A stretch of 64,000 bases of DNA from Candidatus Thorarchaeota archaeon (GCA_011364905.1 RDNZ01000006.1:1-64000), one strand, 5' to 3'; shown: positions 30,704 to 40,850, counted from the first letter of the stretch. The notes: generated from the sequence alone by a model not told the origin. Made by a program: numbers and translations.

Positions 30704-31306
30704 CTGCGTCGTACCCTCCCGGCGGTAGACAAAGAGGGTACACGCTATCTCTAATATAAACACATTGGGTTTTGATTGGTACACGTAAGCTTTTCGCGCC
30801 ATATCCTATTCGATAGAAGCTGCTTAAAAAGATACAAAGCAGCTACTTAGACTATGTATTTTGCACAAATCAACGTTCTTGACTGAAATTTTTGCATAAA
30901 TGAGCTAGTCAATATCCATTCCAGCTTTCAATGCATTCAAACGGCGCCAAACAGCTGAACGTTTACATTACGATGTTATCGAAATATTCAGCTTTGTCTC
31001 TAACGTTTACAAACATACTATTCAGACGTGTACTATCCGAACTGGGAGCCCGTATGACCCCGAGATGAGACAGATTGAAGTATAATTCCCTGAGACAACG
31101 AGTTTATCTTTAAACCTATCAGCTGATATTGCAGCACAATCATAGTAAGCAATCATTTAGTATACGCCGCTGCTTGCGAGGCCTTTTATTGAGAGAAACG
31201 ACAGCCAGAGTCCTTCTGATTTCTATGCAGTGAGAAAAAGAATCCAAACCCAAAGAAAATCCTTAAAATGCCTTCAATCTGAATCGACAGTCAAGGTTAG
31301 AACACG

Positions 31307-31831
31307 ATGCAGTTTTGGAGCGGTATTATAGAAGTTCTACGTACAATGCCAGCATCAACTATTTTGATCACACTGGTTTCAATCGGCCTTGCACTTGTGT
31401 CTGTTTGGGCAACCAGAAGATTCACTGATATGGAGAAAATGCAATCGGATATGGCCGAGATCAAGGATTGGCAAGACCGTTTCAAAAAAGCGCGACAGAG
31501 CATGGACCCCCTTGAGCTCCAACAGGTGATGGATGACCAAGGGAGGATAATGAGACTCAACACGTCACTAATGTCCTCAAGAATGAAGCCAACTTGCATC
31601 TTTTACATTCCTTTCCTCATTATCTTCGGCGTCTTGAATGTCCTCTATGGTGGTAGCATAGTTGCTATTATTCCATTCAATATTCACAAAGTACTTCCGT
31701 TCCTTACCGGTCTTCTGGGAGCACCAACGACTGGAGGATTTGGACTAAGCTTCTATGGATACTACCTCTTGGTTGGTTTAGGCCTTGGTAACATTGTCAG
31801 AAGGCCCTTTGGCCTCTCCATGACTACCTAG
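31307..31831 (+). CDS. DUF106 / EMC3-TMCO1 (Oxa1 superfamily) membrane protein
   Basis: TM1, coiled coil, MKP, TM2, then YxL TM3. Confidence 0.85.
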   Translation: MQFWSGIIEVLRTMPASTILITLVSIGLALVSVWATRRFTDMEKMQSDMAEIKDWQDRFKKARQSMDPLELQQVMDDQGRIMRLNTSLMSSRMKPTCIFYIPFLIIFGVLNVLYGGSIVAIIPFNIHKVLPFLTGLLGAPTTGGFGLSFYGYYLLVGLGLGNIVRRPFGLSMTT

Positions 31832-31931
31832 GATAGAACCACCATTCCGATATGCGCTGCATTGTGCCATTCGTGACACATAGATTACGTTCTTCAGTTC
31901 CTTTTTATTCAATGGAGAAACCAATGTTTCT

Positions 31932-32044
31932 GCGGTTCCCCACGGGCGCATACCGATAACCGGCTGGGGGGACGTGAGAAAGGATGTAACTCTCATTCTA
32001 CGGAGCATCCCTTGTAGTCTTTCTTCCGTGTTGCATCCTTTCTC
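31932..32044 (+). ncRNA. Candidate structured RNA element (two hairpins)
   Basis: 15-bp stem 31976-31990/32030-32044 plus a TTCCCCA/TGGGGGG hairpin. Confidence 0.4.
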
Positions 32045-32101
32045 TGCACCGTGTCGCTTAATCAGGAAGCATTTTAACTATCAACACGAACTGGCTGCAG
32101 T

Positions 32102-33295
32102 ATGAGTCCAAAACCAACTAAGGTATATTATGGGTCAGTGATACCAGGCAACAGAGGCCAGTGGTCGGCTTTTGCAGCCAAAGTTGATGAAGTAATCAAG
32201 AAACTTGATTTTTCCACAATTACGAAGAAAGACAAAGTAGCTATCAAAATGCATCTTGGTAATAAAGAGGGTTACCAGACCATTCCTGTCTTCTTTGTTA
32301 GGCGAATCGTTAAAGCTGTCAAAGATGTGGGCGGGTATCCCTTTATCACGGACACTCCTACTGCGGTTTACAATGCAGCGGAAAGAGGGTATACTCAAGA
32401 GACCTGTGGGTGTCCACTCATTCCAACAGCTGGAATAAAAGATACGTACACATATACATTCAATGTTGATTTTCACAGTATAGAGACCTTGGAAATGGGA
32501 GGAGTCTTGCATGATGCTGATGTGCTCATTGATCTTGCACATGTGAAAGGACACAATACATGTGGATTTGGTGGAGCCATCAAGAATATCGCACTGGGAG
32601 GATATCATGGGCCTTCGAGATGGGGCAAGATTCACAGAATCGAACAGGCACTGCCATATTGGGATGCTGACAAATGCACTCCGGAACATGCAAAGGAACT
32701 TGAAGAATCATGCCCAGACGGATGCATCAAGTACAATAAAAAAATCCATCAACTTACCGTCCAGTTTGGTTTCTGCAATCAATGCTTAGACTGCCTAGAC
32801 GCTGACAAGGAAGTTGGATGTCTCCAAATAAAACAAGAGAACTTTTCACTCTTTCAAGAACTCTTGGCATTGAATGCTAGTGAAGTCCTAAAACAATATG
32901 ATAACGATAAGGTGTTTTTCCTGAATTTTGCAATCAATATCATGCCTTTGTGTGATTGTTGGGGCTTTGGATTTCCAAATGTCCTGAATGACATAGGGAT
33001 TCTGGGTAGTAGGGAAATTGTTGCGGCTGAAACAGCCACATTGGACCTAATTGGAAAACAGAAAATCATTGAAAGCATGATGCCTCCTTTTGTAAGACTG
33101 AACAAAAAGAAGAACCTACACCCGTTTCAAAGAATGCATGGACCGATGAAAAATCCGTACATCGCTTTGGAGTATGCTGAAAAACTTGGTATGGGGTCCA
33201 AGAATTACGAACTAGTAGAAGTATTGGCTGTGGAAACTACCAAGAATAAAAAGGGTCCATCAAAAGTTTCCGAACCAGCACCTTCATTCTATTAA
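32102..33295 (+). CDS. DUF362 Fe-S protein
   Basis: VAIKMH, HVKGH...GGAIKNI, CxxCxxC and PLCDC motifs. Confidence 0.9.
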   Translation: MSPKPTKVYYGSVIPGNRGQWSAFAAKVDEVIKKLDFSTITKKDKVAIKMHLGNKEGYQTIPVFFVRRIVKAVKDVGGYPFITDTPTAVYNAAERGYTQETCGCPLIPTAGIKDTYTYTFNVDFHSIETLEMGGVLHDADVLIDLAHVKGHNTCGFGGAIKNIALGGYHGPSRWGKIHRIEQALPYWDADKCTPEHAKELEESCPDGCIKYNKKIHQLTVQFGFCNQCLDCLDADKEVGCLQIKQENFSLFQELLALNASEVLKQYDNDKVFFLNFAINIMPLCDCWGFGFPNVLNDIGILGSREIVAAETATLDLIGKQKIIESMMPPFVRLNKKKNLHPFQRMHGPMKNPYIALEYAEKLGMGSKNYELVEVLAVETTKNKKGPSKVSEPAPSFY

Positions 33296-33416
33296 TGACT
33301 TAAGTGATCACACGTGACGAGGCTTAATCTAGAGAATCATTAAAAGAATTCGCGATGAAAGGTCATTGGGACCAATATAAGTTAGGAAAATCAGCTATAG
33401 AGTAGGCGTTTCCATC

Positions 33417-33941
33417 TTGCCATACGAACATTCACCTGAAGAGAGGCTAAAGCGATACAAGGCGAGTTTAGATAAGATGGCAAAAGAGGAGGGGCGGAAT
33501 CTCAAGTCTACCAAGAACGTGCCTAAGACAGCCCAATCAAAAGACAAAGAAACGGTCAATCCAGTAAAGGCGAAATCCAAAAAGACGCAGTCTACAGAGC
33601 CGCAGATCAAGCCGCCGCAGGAACTGGTAAGTCCAGCCAAGAAGGAGTTGGGGGAATCTATAGCCACTGTGCGGAAAAGTACCAAAGCTTCCAGTAAAGC
33701 AAAGGACAAGAAAGCGGATGGTCGCAACTTTCTGATGCTCAAGGTTCGTCTAGGCTCAATTGAGAGCGGCTTACGCGACATCAAGAAGAGAAGGGAGACT
33801 CTTGAAGCGCAACTCAAGAGCAAATACATTGACAGAAAGAAGTATCAAGAAGAGATGACAGCTCTTGTTGCAGAAGGCCGTAAATTACTTGTAGAGAAAG
33901 AGCGTGTAGAAAAGGAAATGAAGCAAGTCAAACCCCGTTGA
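33417..33941 (+). CDS. Lys-rich coiled-coil hypothetical protein
   Basis: Disordered basic N-terminal half, heptad C-terminal half. Confidence 0.65.
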   Translation: MPYEHSPEERLKRYKASLDKMAKEEGRNLKSTKNVPKTAQSKDKETVNPVKAKSKKTQSTEPQIKPPQELVSPAKKELGESIATVRKSTKASSKAKDKKADGRNFLMLKVRLGSIESGLRDIKKRRETLEAQLKSKYIDRKKYQEEMTALVAEGRKLLVEKERVEKEMKQVKPR

Positions 33942-34143
33942 TCCTGCGAGTTCAGTTGCAGCAAAGTTCCTTTTGGCATAAGAAACAATACAACCACACA
34001 AAAGGAATATACGCTGCACAGAATCAAGAACGAGAGTCTGGAGGCTGAATGCCCTGAGTAGGAAACGTGCCCCCGCAAAAACAAAACGTCTAGCCTATGT
34101 CACCAATATATGTGAGCTGAGTAGACGCGGGGATATTGATGCA

Positions 34144-34962
34144 GTGGCAGGTCTAATCCAGGGATACTACACAGATAGAAATGCACACCCATGGCATACC
34201 ATCTTTAATGATATTGAGAAGCATTGGACTCGTGAAAATCCGAAAAAAGATGTATCAGAAGCAATTGTGTTACTGCGTGATGCTGTCTTTAGCGCTTTTG
34301 ATATCCTATCTTTTAGTATCGCGTTAGATATTCAGACCAGAGAGATCGTTTCACTATTTACAAATGAATCCAACTGGAAAGACGGAAGAAGGAAAGTCAG
34401 AAGCAAATGTATAGAACTTGCTGAACAAATGATTAAGAAAAGAAAGACACGGTTTTTAATTCCCTCTGCCCTAAAACGTGATGGATTCGGTTTTTTGATT
34501 TCGGACCTGCAAAATGCTGAACTTGAAACCTTCAAGAAGGCAAGGCCGAAGGTGGGAAAGATTCCCAAGCGAAAGGGTACAGTTTTGGATCTGAGGCCTT
34601 TAGAGAAGAGTCGACTAGGCAGTAAATTCCTCAAGGAGCAAATGGTCATGGAACACTTTCTTGAGAAGAAAGACTCCCGAGTACCTATCATTCTAGAGGC
34701 ATATGATCGCTTTCTGATAGAGTATGAGATAGATTCGAGCTCATCTGCAGCAGTACCCGTTCTTACTGAACAAGTTACCTTGAATGGAACTCCGGTCTCA
34801 GAAATTGCGAGTGAAAAAGCGGATGCTAACAAACGTGTTCTGGCAAAAGAAGTTCAATCACCGTTGAGCGACTATATTGAGATGAGTTCACCTCCAAAGA
34901 AGAATAGGAAGAAATCCAAGAAACCTTCGAAGCAAAAGAAGAGGAGGGCTCGAAAGAAGTGA
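34144..34962 (+). CDS. Hypothetical protein with basic tail; shares a domain with the N-terminus of 28942-30321
   Basis: Manual alignment (see findings); GTGA overlap with the next gene. Confidence 0.75.
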   Translation: MAGLIQGYYTDRNAHPWHTIFNDIEKHWTRENPKKDVSEAIVLLRDAVFSAFDILSFSIALDIQTREIVSLFTNESNWKDGRRKVRSKCIELAEQMIKKRKTRFLIPSALKRDGFGFLISDLQNAELETFKKARPKVGKIPKRKGTVLDLRPLEKSRLGSKFLKEQMVMEHFLEKKDSRVPIILEAYDRFLIEYEIDSSSSAAVPVLTEQVTLNGTPVSEIASEKADANKRVLAKEVQSPLSDYIEMSSPPKKNRKKSKKPSKQKKRRARKK

Positions 34963-36464
34963 GCAAGAAGAAAGGCGTCTTGGATTTGAACATCTATGAA
35001 ACTAAAGCAATGAGAGAACTGAAGAAGATTGCATATGACATAGACTCGCCTGATTTGGGTGTGATGTATGATGCTGTTGGTAGATTAGCAGCTCACAATA
35101 CAGGTAGATCACTTCTTCCTAAAACAATGGAGCTTCTTAGCTCCACAGATCAGAATGTGAAGCAGGCTGCATTCACAGTCGCCGGAAAATATGCCTTTGG
35201 AGCCTACATCGGAGAGTTCTTCACTGAGCTAAAGAATCTGAATCCTGTCGAAAGGGAGCAGGTTCTTCAAGGGATTCAGGAAATGTTCTATCAAACAGGA
35301 GGGCCTGAATCAGTTTCTGAGCAGAAGAATTGGATAACAGCACTGGAAGGTCTCGGCAAAGAGCATCAAAGCGCTGTTTTTGTTTTAATGAGGTTCCTCG
35401 GAGACCATGGTAGAAGGTGGGTAACTCGTCAGATTCGCAATAATATTGAAAACATGTCGTTGGGAGCTGTCCCGACTCTCAATGGATTTCCTAAAGGTAC
35501 CCGGAAAAGACTAATCAAACTCTTGGCAAAAACGGCATCCAGCAAGAGGAGAGATATGCTACCCTACATATGTGGGATTGTTGACCACTCTACATTCAGC
35601 AATCTCTCAGTGTTTCTTAAGGGAAGTAAGTGGCAAGAAAGAGTTGAGATTGCGTCAGCTATCTCAGGTATTGGAATCAACTCAGCATCGGGGTTGATAA
35701 TGGAACTAGTTGGGGATTCTAATTGGCAAGTGAAGCAAGCCCTACTTGAACATCTGAACATACATAGCTCTAAGTTTTCTGCAGTCACAAAAATTCTGAG
35801 TTTCCTCGTGAAGGAAACTCATAGTAGAGTAAGAGGGCAAGCTGAGCGGACTCTATTGATGCTAGGTTCAATAGCTTGTTCGAACTCCAACTTAGGTGAT
35901 CAGCGAAGAAAACTGGAAAAACAATATCGCACACAATTGCTTAAAGCGGCTCAAGCCAACAAAGATGTGGATACTGGTTGGTTGGGTATTGAGGTTGAGA
36001 AAGCAGATCCTATGTATGAGATTATGAAGAAGGTGACCATTGAAGACAGCGAATCACCAGAATCAATACCTGAACCGGAGGGGGTTTCGCTTTCTGATTT
36101 GGAAACTCCTGCTTCCAAAGGAGAAACGCCAGGTCTAGAACAGGAAGATAAGTCAATACTCCTAAGTGCTCTATTAGGAGCCCAAAAGAAATCTGTGGAA
36201 GAATCAGCTGAGGTAGAAGAAATCAGTCCACAGGATCTCCCTCTTGATCCAACAATCCCAGCTCCAAGCAAGTTCTTGTTGCTTCTGCAGCGATTAACAG
36301 AAAAAGTTGGCAAAGATGTTCCAGTGAATGATTTATTGATCAAAGCTGAGGAATCAGGCATGACCGAGGATGAGTTCACAAATGCAATGCAGGACCTAGA
36401 GAAACAAGGAATCATCTATCGATCAAAAAAGGGAACTGTTAGCTATGTTGACATTGAACTCTAG
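34959..36464 (+). CDS. HEAT-repeat protein with C-terminal winged helix
   Basis: DQNVKQAA, DSNWQVKQA and HSRVRGQA repeats; LEKQGIIYRSKKG wHTH. Confidence 0.8.
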   Translation: MSKKKGVLDLNIYETKAMRELKKIAYDIDSPDLGVMYDAVGRLAAHNTGRSLLPKTMELLSSTDQNVKQAAFTVAGKYAFGAYIGEFFTELKNLNPVEREQVLQGIQEMFYQTGGPESVSEQKNWITALEGLGKEHQSAVFVLMRFLGDHGRRWVTRQIRNNIENMSLGAVPTLNGFPKGTRKRLIKLLAKTASSKRRDMLPYICGIVDHSTFSNLSVFLKGSKWQERVEIASAISGIGINSASGLIMELVGDSNWQVKQALLEHLNIHSSKFSAVTKILSFLVKETHSRVRGQAERTLLMLGSIACSNSNLGDQRRKLEKQYRTQLLKAAQANKDVDTGWLGIEVEKADPMYEIMKKVTIEDSESPESIPEPEGVSLSDLETPASKGETPGLEQEDKSILLSALLGAQKKSVEESAEVEEISPQDLPLDPTIPAPSKFLLLLQRLTEKVGKDVPVNDLLIKAEESGMTEDEFTNAMQDLEKQGIIYRSKKGTVSYVDIEL

Positions 36465-36532
36465 TTGACTGAAGTCAACACAAAGACTAATCTTGCAGCC
36501 TGCAGATACATCAAACTCGGCGGAGCATAGCA

Positions 36533-37864
36533 ATGAGTGAAGATCTCCTAATCAAGAATGGTATGATTGTCACTGGCGACAAGAGAGGAACTGTGATCTC
36601 AAAGGGCTTTATCAGGGTAAGTGGCGCTAGAATCGCAGAAATAAGTGAAGGCAATCCGAACTTCACTGCTGACAAAGTAATCGATGCAACAGGTTGCTTA
36701 GTCATTCCGGGACTGGTCACCGCACACACTCATCTCTATGGAATTTTATTGCGCGGTGCGAGCCTGAATATTAGTCCGCCTACAGATTTTGCACAGGTCC
36801 TGCAACGAGTATGGTGGCCAGTTGATGAGGCCCTGACACTTCAGGATGCCTATGCAAGCGCTCTTTCTGCCAGTGCAGATATGCTTAGGAATGGTTCAAC
36901 CCTCTTTGCCGACACTTATTCTGGTCCCAACTCCATAGAAGGAAGCCTTCAGGAAATCGCTCGAGGTACGAAGGAGGTAGGAATGCGCGGTGTCTTGGCA
37001 TTTGAAATGACTGAGAGAAACAATCCAGAAGAGGCGCATAGAGGCTTCCAAGAGGGTGTGAAATTCATTCAATCCTGCAAGAAAGATGACCTTGTTTCTG
37101 GCATGGTTAGCCTTCATGCATCATTTACGGTGGGTGACAAAACAGTCGAAGAGGCAGCGAATGAGGCAAAGAAACTCGATGTTCCAATCACAGTTCATAC
37201 TTCTGAGGGACTTGTTGACCTTTACCATAATCTTGAGGCCACAGGAGAGCGCACCGTCGAGAGGCTAGATAGATTGGGTGTATTGGGCCCAAAGACAGTC
37301 TTGGCTCACTGCGTCCATGTGAATGACCACGAGATAGAACTGATTGCCAAAAGGCGGGCTTCAGTTGCGCATAATCCAATGAGCAACATGCTGAATGCAG
37401 TGGGAGTAGCCCCAGTAACAAAGATGCTTGAGAAGGGAATCACGGTCGGTCTCGGAAATGACGGTTGGATTTACGATCCATTTGAGAATATGAGATGTGC
37501 GCTTACTGTTCATCGATTAGCTAGTGGCAATCCCAGTGCAATAGGTCCTGAAGAGGTTTTCAGAATGGCAACAATCGAAGGTGCGCACTGCTATGGTTTT
37601 GGAAACGATCTTGGAAGTCTTGAAAAACGGAAACTCGCAGACATTGCAATTCTTGAAGGCTCTCGAGTACCAACGCCTCTTACTTCCGAATCTGTAATCG
37701 GACATCTAGTCAATACATTTAGTGGACGAGATGTGAGAGATGTAGTCGTAAATGGAGATATTGTTGTCCAGAATAGACTTCTCACAAAAACAACAGATAC
37801 TCACGTTTCGAAGGTTTCAAGGGAATCAGCCATGGGCCTTTGGTCAAGAATTAACTTAAAATGA
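36533..37864 (+). CDS. Amidohydrolase (SsnA / MTA-SAH deaminase family)
   Basis: HTH, HTSE, AHCVH and GNDG metal ligands. Confidence 0.9.
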   Translation: MSEDLLIKNGMIVTGDKRGTVISKGFIRVSGARIAEISEGNPNFTADKVIDATGCLVIPGLVTAHTHLYGILLRGASLNISPPTDFAQVLQRVWWPVDEALTLQDAYASALSASADMLRNGSTLFADTYSGPNSIEGSLQEIARGTKEVGMRGVLAFEMTERNNPEEAHRGFQEGVKFIQSCKKDDLVSGMVSLHASFTVGDKTVEEAANEAKKLDVPITVHTSEGLVDLYHNLEATGERTVERLDRLGVLGPKTVLAHCVHVNDHEIELIAKRRASVAHNPMSNMLNAVGVAPVTKMLEKGITVGLGNDGWIYDPFENMRCALTVHRLASGNPSAIGPEEVFRMATIEGAHCYGFGNDLGSLEKRKLADIAILEGSRVPTPLTSESVIGHLVNTFSGRDVRDVVVNGDIVVQNRLLTKTTDTHVSKVSRESAMGLWSRINLK

Positions 37865-37895
37865 AAAAGAAAGAGGAGTGGGGCAAAACCCCACA
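37862..37895 (-). terminator. Hairpin between convergent genes
   Basis: GTGGGG-caaaa-CCCCAC with a T-rich tract on the minus strand. Confidence 0.5.
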
Positions 37896-37899
37896 TCAA

Positions 37900-38592
37900 T
37901 TACCTACGGCGAATGCAGACTACTGCACCCAAAATGACGATTACTCCAACTCCAATTCCCACATATAGGATGTTATCTTGAAGAAGCTGCACTATGTCAA
38001 GTCCAAGCCCATCACGAACCAGCGAAAATGAGCTCTTCTTGTGTGATGTGCTGTTAGTTGATTCAATGTTGAACCTTGCGCAAACACCATTGGATTTGGA
38101 ATACTGCACATAAATCTGGGAGGGAGAGTCGTCATCCATGTAGCTGAGCCTAATTCCCCAAAACGCTGAATCAGAGACTATCGTATGATTCACTGTCCAC
38201 CATGGAGCAGCTGCAGCCAAATCAGCAAGAAGTGAAAAATTCCCTATTGGAACAATGAAGACTCCTCCCACAAGAATCGACGCGAAACCAATAACCACGG
38301 CTTCAGCAATTGCAGGCGTTCCGTTGGTATACACCATATTTGCAAGGACGACGGGGATGCTGAGCCAAGTCGTTAATGGATCAGAAAGGGCAGGTGTGCT
38401 ACCAGTTACAGTTATGTTCATACCTTCATCATAAGTCTGTACTCCTTCATCCACCATTCTCAAGCGGTAGGTGAACTCATCATTCTGCGCTACACCCCAC
38501 TCCAATCCCTGAGTTGTTGCTGCTGCAACTGGGGAGATGAGGATCATAGCTAAGAATGACATTACTAGCACTGTCTGTAGCGTGCGTTTCAA
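37900..38592 (-). CDS. Secreted membrane-anchored hypothetical protein
   Basis: Signal peptide, C-terminal TM followed by RRR. Confidence 0.8.
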   Translation of the reverse strand: MKRTLQTVLVMSFLAMILISPVAAATTQGLEWGVAQNDEFTYRLRMVDEGVQTYDEGMNITVTGSTPALSDPLTTWLSIPVVLANMVYTNGTPAIAEAVVIGFASILVGGVFIVPIGNFSLLADLAAAAPWWTVNHTIVSDSAFWGIRLSYMDDDSPSQIYVQYSKSNGVCARFNIESTNSTSHKKSSFSLVRDGLGLDIVQLLQDNILYVGIGVGVIVILGAVVCIRRR

Positions 38593-38718
38593 TTTCTTTT
38601 CTCCTAAACCCGCGTATGCGGTTCACATCGATGAAAAAAAGTAGATAGAAAAAGGCTTTGTGCACGTACTGGTGCTAGAGGGACAGAGTTTTCAATGAGA
38701 AGTATATTGCCGCAATAG

Positions 38719-39669
38719 GTGCGACCACTGAACCCTGAATTAACATTTAACGAACCAATTTTCGATGCTCATGTTCACCTAGTTGATACTGATGCTTTGG
38801 ATACGTTAGTTCAGGTGGGCAAAGACTTCGGAGTAAAAGAGTGGCTTCTTATCTGCCACAGTCTCGGTGCAAAGAAATATGCTAAAGAAGAATATCCAGG
38901 TTGCTTCACCTTCGCTAAGTATCTCCCAGGGGTAATGCGTTTCGTCGATGGCATAGAGCCAATTCTCAAAGAGATTGCCACTCTACATGAAGAGGGCTAT
39001 CAAGTGGCAAAGATGCAGTCAGCTCCTGTAATGAGAGGAAGAGCTTCGGCCGATCCGGAAGCGTTGCGAATGGATGACGATGAGATGGCGAGAATGTTCG
39101 ATGCACTGAAAGACGAGGAAATTCCATTCTTACTTCACCTATCTGACCCAGACACATATTATGCAACAAAATACACGGACTCCTCAATTTATACATCTAA
39201 AGAGAGAGATCTTGAAGAAATGGAAGGAGTGCTCAAAAGACATAGTTCTTTGAATATTCAATTAGCACACTTCGCAGCTCAACCAGAAATTCCCAGACTG
39301 GATAATCTTGCACGATGGTTCGACACGTATTCCAACTTCATCATCGATACTAGCTCTGCAAGATGGGTGTCAAGAGAACTTAGTAAGAATCCGAAGAAGG
39401 CTAGGGAGTTCCTTGTCAAGTACCAAGACAGAATCGTCTTTGGTACTGACTGTGTCGCATGGAGACCTCAGAGAGACTACTACGCTGGAAGATACCTTGC
39501 CCTCAGACTATTGCTTGAATCCTCAGTTGAAAATCGTCCATTGCCATTTCCAGATGCAGACACGGTCGATTCTGGAGGTACCTTCATCAATGGCCTACAC
39601 CTCCCAATAGGTGTCCTTGAGAAAATCTATTGGAAGAATGCCAAAGATTTCTACGCAGAATTCATCTAA
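38719..39669 (+). CDS. Amidohydrolase_2 family protein
   Basis: DAHVH, LHLSDP, LAH and FGTD motifs. Confidence 0.85.
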   Translation: MRPLNPELTFNEPIFDAHVHLVDTDALDTLVQVGKDFGVKEWLLICHSLGAKKYAKEEYPGCFTFAKYLPGVMRFVDGIEPILKEIATLHEEGYQVAKMQSAPVMRGRASADPEALRMDDDEMARMFDALKDEEIPFLLHLSDPDTYYATKYTDSSIYTSKERDLEEMEGVLKRHSSLNIQLAHFAAQPEIPRLDNLARWFDTYSNFIIDTSSARWVSRELSKNPKKAREFLVKYQDRIVFGTDCVAWRPQRDYYAGRYLALRLLLESSVENRPLPFPDADTVDSGGTFINGLHLPIGVLEKIYWKNAKDFYAEFI

Positions 39670-39672
39670 ATT

Positions 39673-40443
39673 CTAAAGCATGATAGATAAACAAGTAAGT
39701 GCACCATCGCATTTCTCAAACTCGCTCATGTCAAGCTGGACTGTATCGAAGCCAGCTTCTTTGACAAGTTGCGCTGTTTTATTGTGACGCTTTGACAGAA
39801 TGACACATCCCTCTATCGTAAGTGTGTTTGCGGAATGCGATTCATTCGCAGGAAGTATGATTTTGGTAAAGGGTTTTAGAACAGGTTCACCCGCATACTT
39901 TTCATTCACGAGCACGATGTTCCTATCTAGATATGTGACATGGCTCTTGATATGCATGATTCTTGGATCCTCAATGATTCTGACTGGAACCTCTAGCCAT
40001 TGTTCCATCTGAGAAGCGCCTTCAGGATTGGTTCGCTGAGTTATGCCACATATTAGCTGGCCAGGCACGTGGACTACATCACCTCCTTCTAATGTTCCAG
40101 GTGTGGTCACCGAGGAAACCTGTAGAAACTCAGAGAGAACCTCCTCAACTCTGGTGCTTTCACCTCTCCGGCTTTCTTTCGCCATCCGTCCGATTATTGC
40201 ACGTGAACCATGTACCACAACAGTGTCTTCAACAAAACAAGCATCAGGGTGTTCGTCATCAGGCGTCAGTTCCACGAGTTCTATTCCCAAATCCTGAAGA
40301 GTCTTGCAGTAACGTCTATGCTGATCCAGCGCTAATTCGAGGTTCAAAGTGTGATGAAAGGGGTGACGGGACAGACACTTTTTGAATTCCCGCCCTGGCG
40401 GACGGACAATTGCTCGTTTTAGCATCTCAGACACACACTGCAA
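39673..40443 (-). CDS. Dimethylarginine dimethylaminohydrolase / amidinotransferase family
   Basis: PDACFVED, LEGGD, MHIKS and GALTCLS motifs. Confidence 0.9.
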   Translation of the reverse strand: MQCVSEMLKRAIVRPPGREFKKCLSRHPFHHTLNLELALDQHRRYCKTLQDLGIELVELTPDDEHPDACFVEDTVVVHGSRAIIGRMAKESRRGESTRVEEVLSEFLQVSSVTTPGTLEGGDVVHVPGQLICGITQRTNPEGASQMEQWLEVPVRIIEDPRIMHIKSHVTYLDRNIVLVNEKYAGEPVLKPFTKIILPANESHSANTLTIEGCVILSKRHNKTAQLVKEAGFDTVQLDMSEFEKCDGALTCLSIML

Positions 40444-40497
40444 GACGAGCGTGCCTTTGATATATCTGGTTTTTCGTGACTATAGCATGGCGTACTG

Positions 40498-40800
40498 CTA
40501 GTTCTTTGACCTCTTTTTTTTCTTTGAAGAAAGGAATTGCGTCAAGTCACTCTGTTGAACAGGACCAAATCTCCATGCCAGACTTTGGGGATCACGCTCT
40601 ATGATTTCCTCTCGTAACAGGTGCTTCAAATGGTAAAGAACAGTATTGTATGTAACATTCACTTGCTGAGCTATTTCCGTCGTGGTGATCCAAGATTCAT
40701 TATCAAGAAGCCTGATTATTTCAGTACGCGTGAGAAGACCTCTCCTAACATTCCGAATCATGCTTAGATACGCAAGCCGGTCGATGCTCAAAGTCCTCAC
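40498..40800 (-). CDS. Small wHTH DNA-binding protein
   Basis: TTEIAQQVNVTYNTVLYHLKHL. Confidence 0.8.
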   Translation of the reverse strand: MRTLSIDRLAYLSMIRNVRRGLLTRTEIIRLLDNESWITTTEIAQQVNVTYNTVLYHLKHLLREEIIERDPQSLAWRFGPVQQSDLTQFLSSKKKKRSKN

Positions 40801-40850
40801 CAGATAAAAGCAATACTCAACCGACTAAGTGTCTTCTGGTTAGCAAGATA

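Noticed and set aside
30803-31306. Short repeats AACGTTTACA (x2) and CAGCTG in a divergent promoter region
   Set aside because: Too short to distinguish from chance without comparative data.
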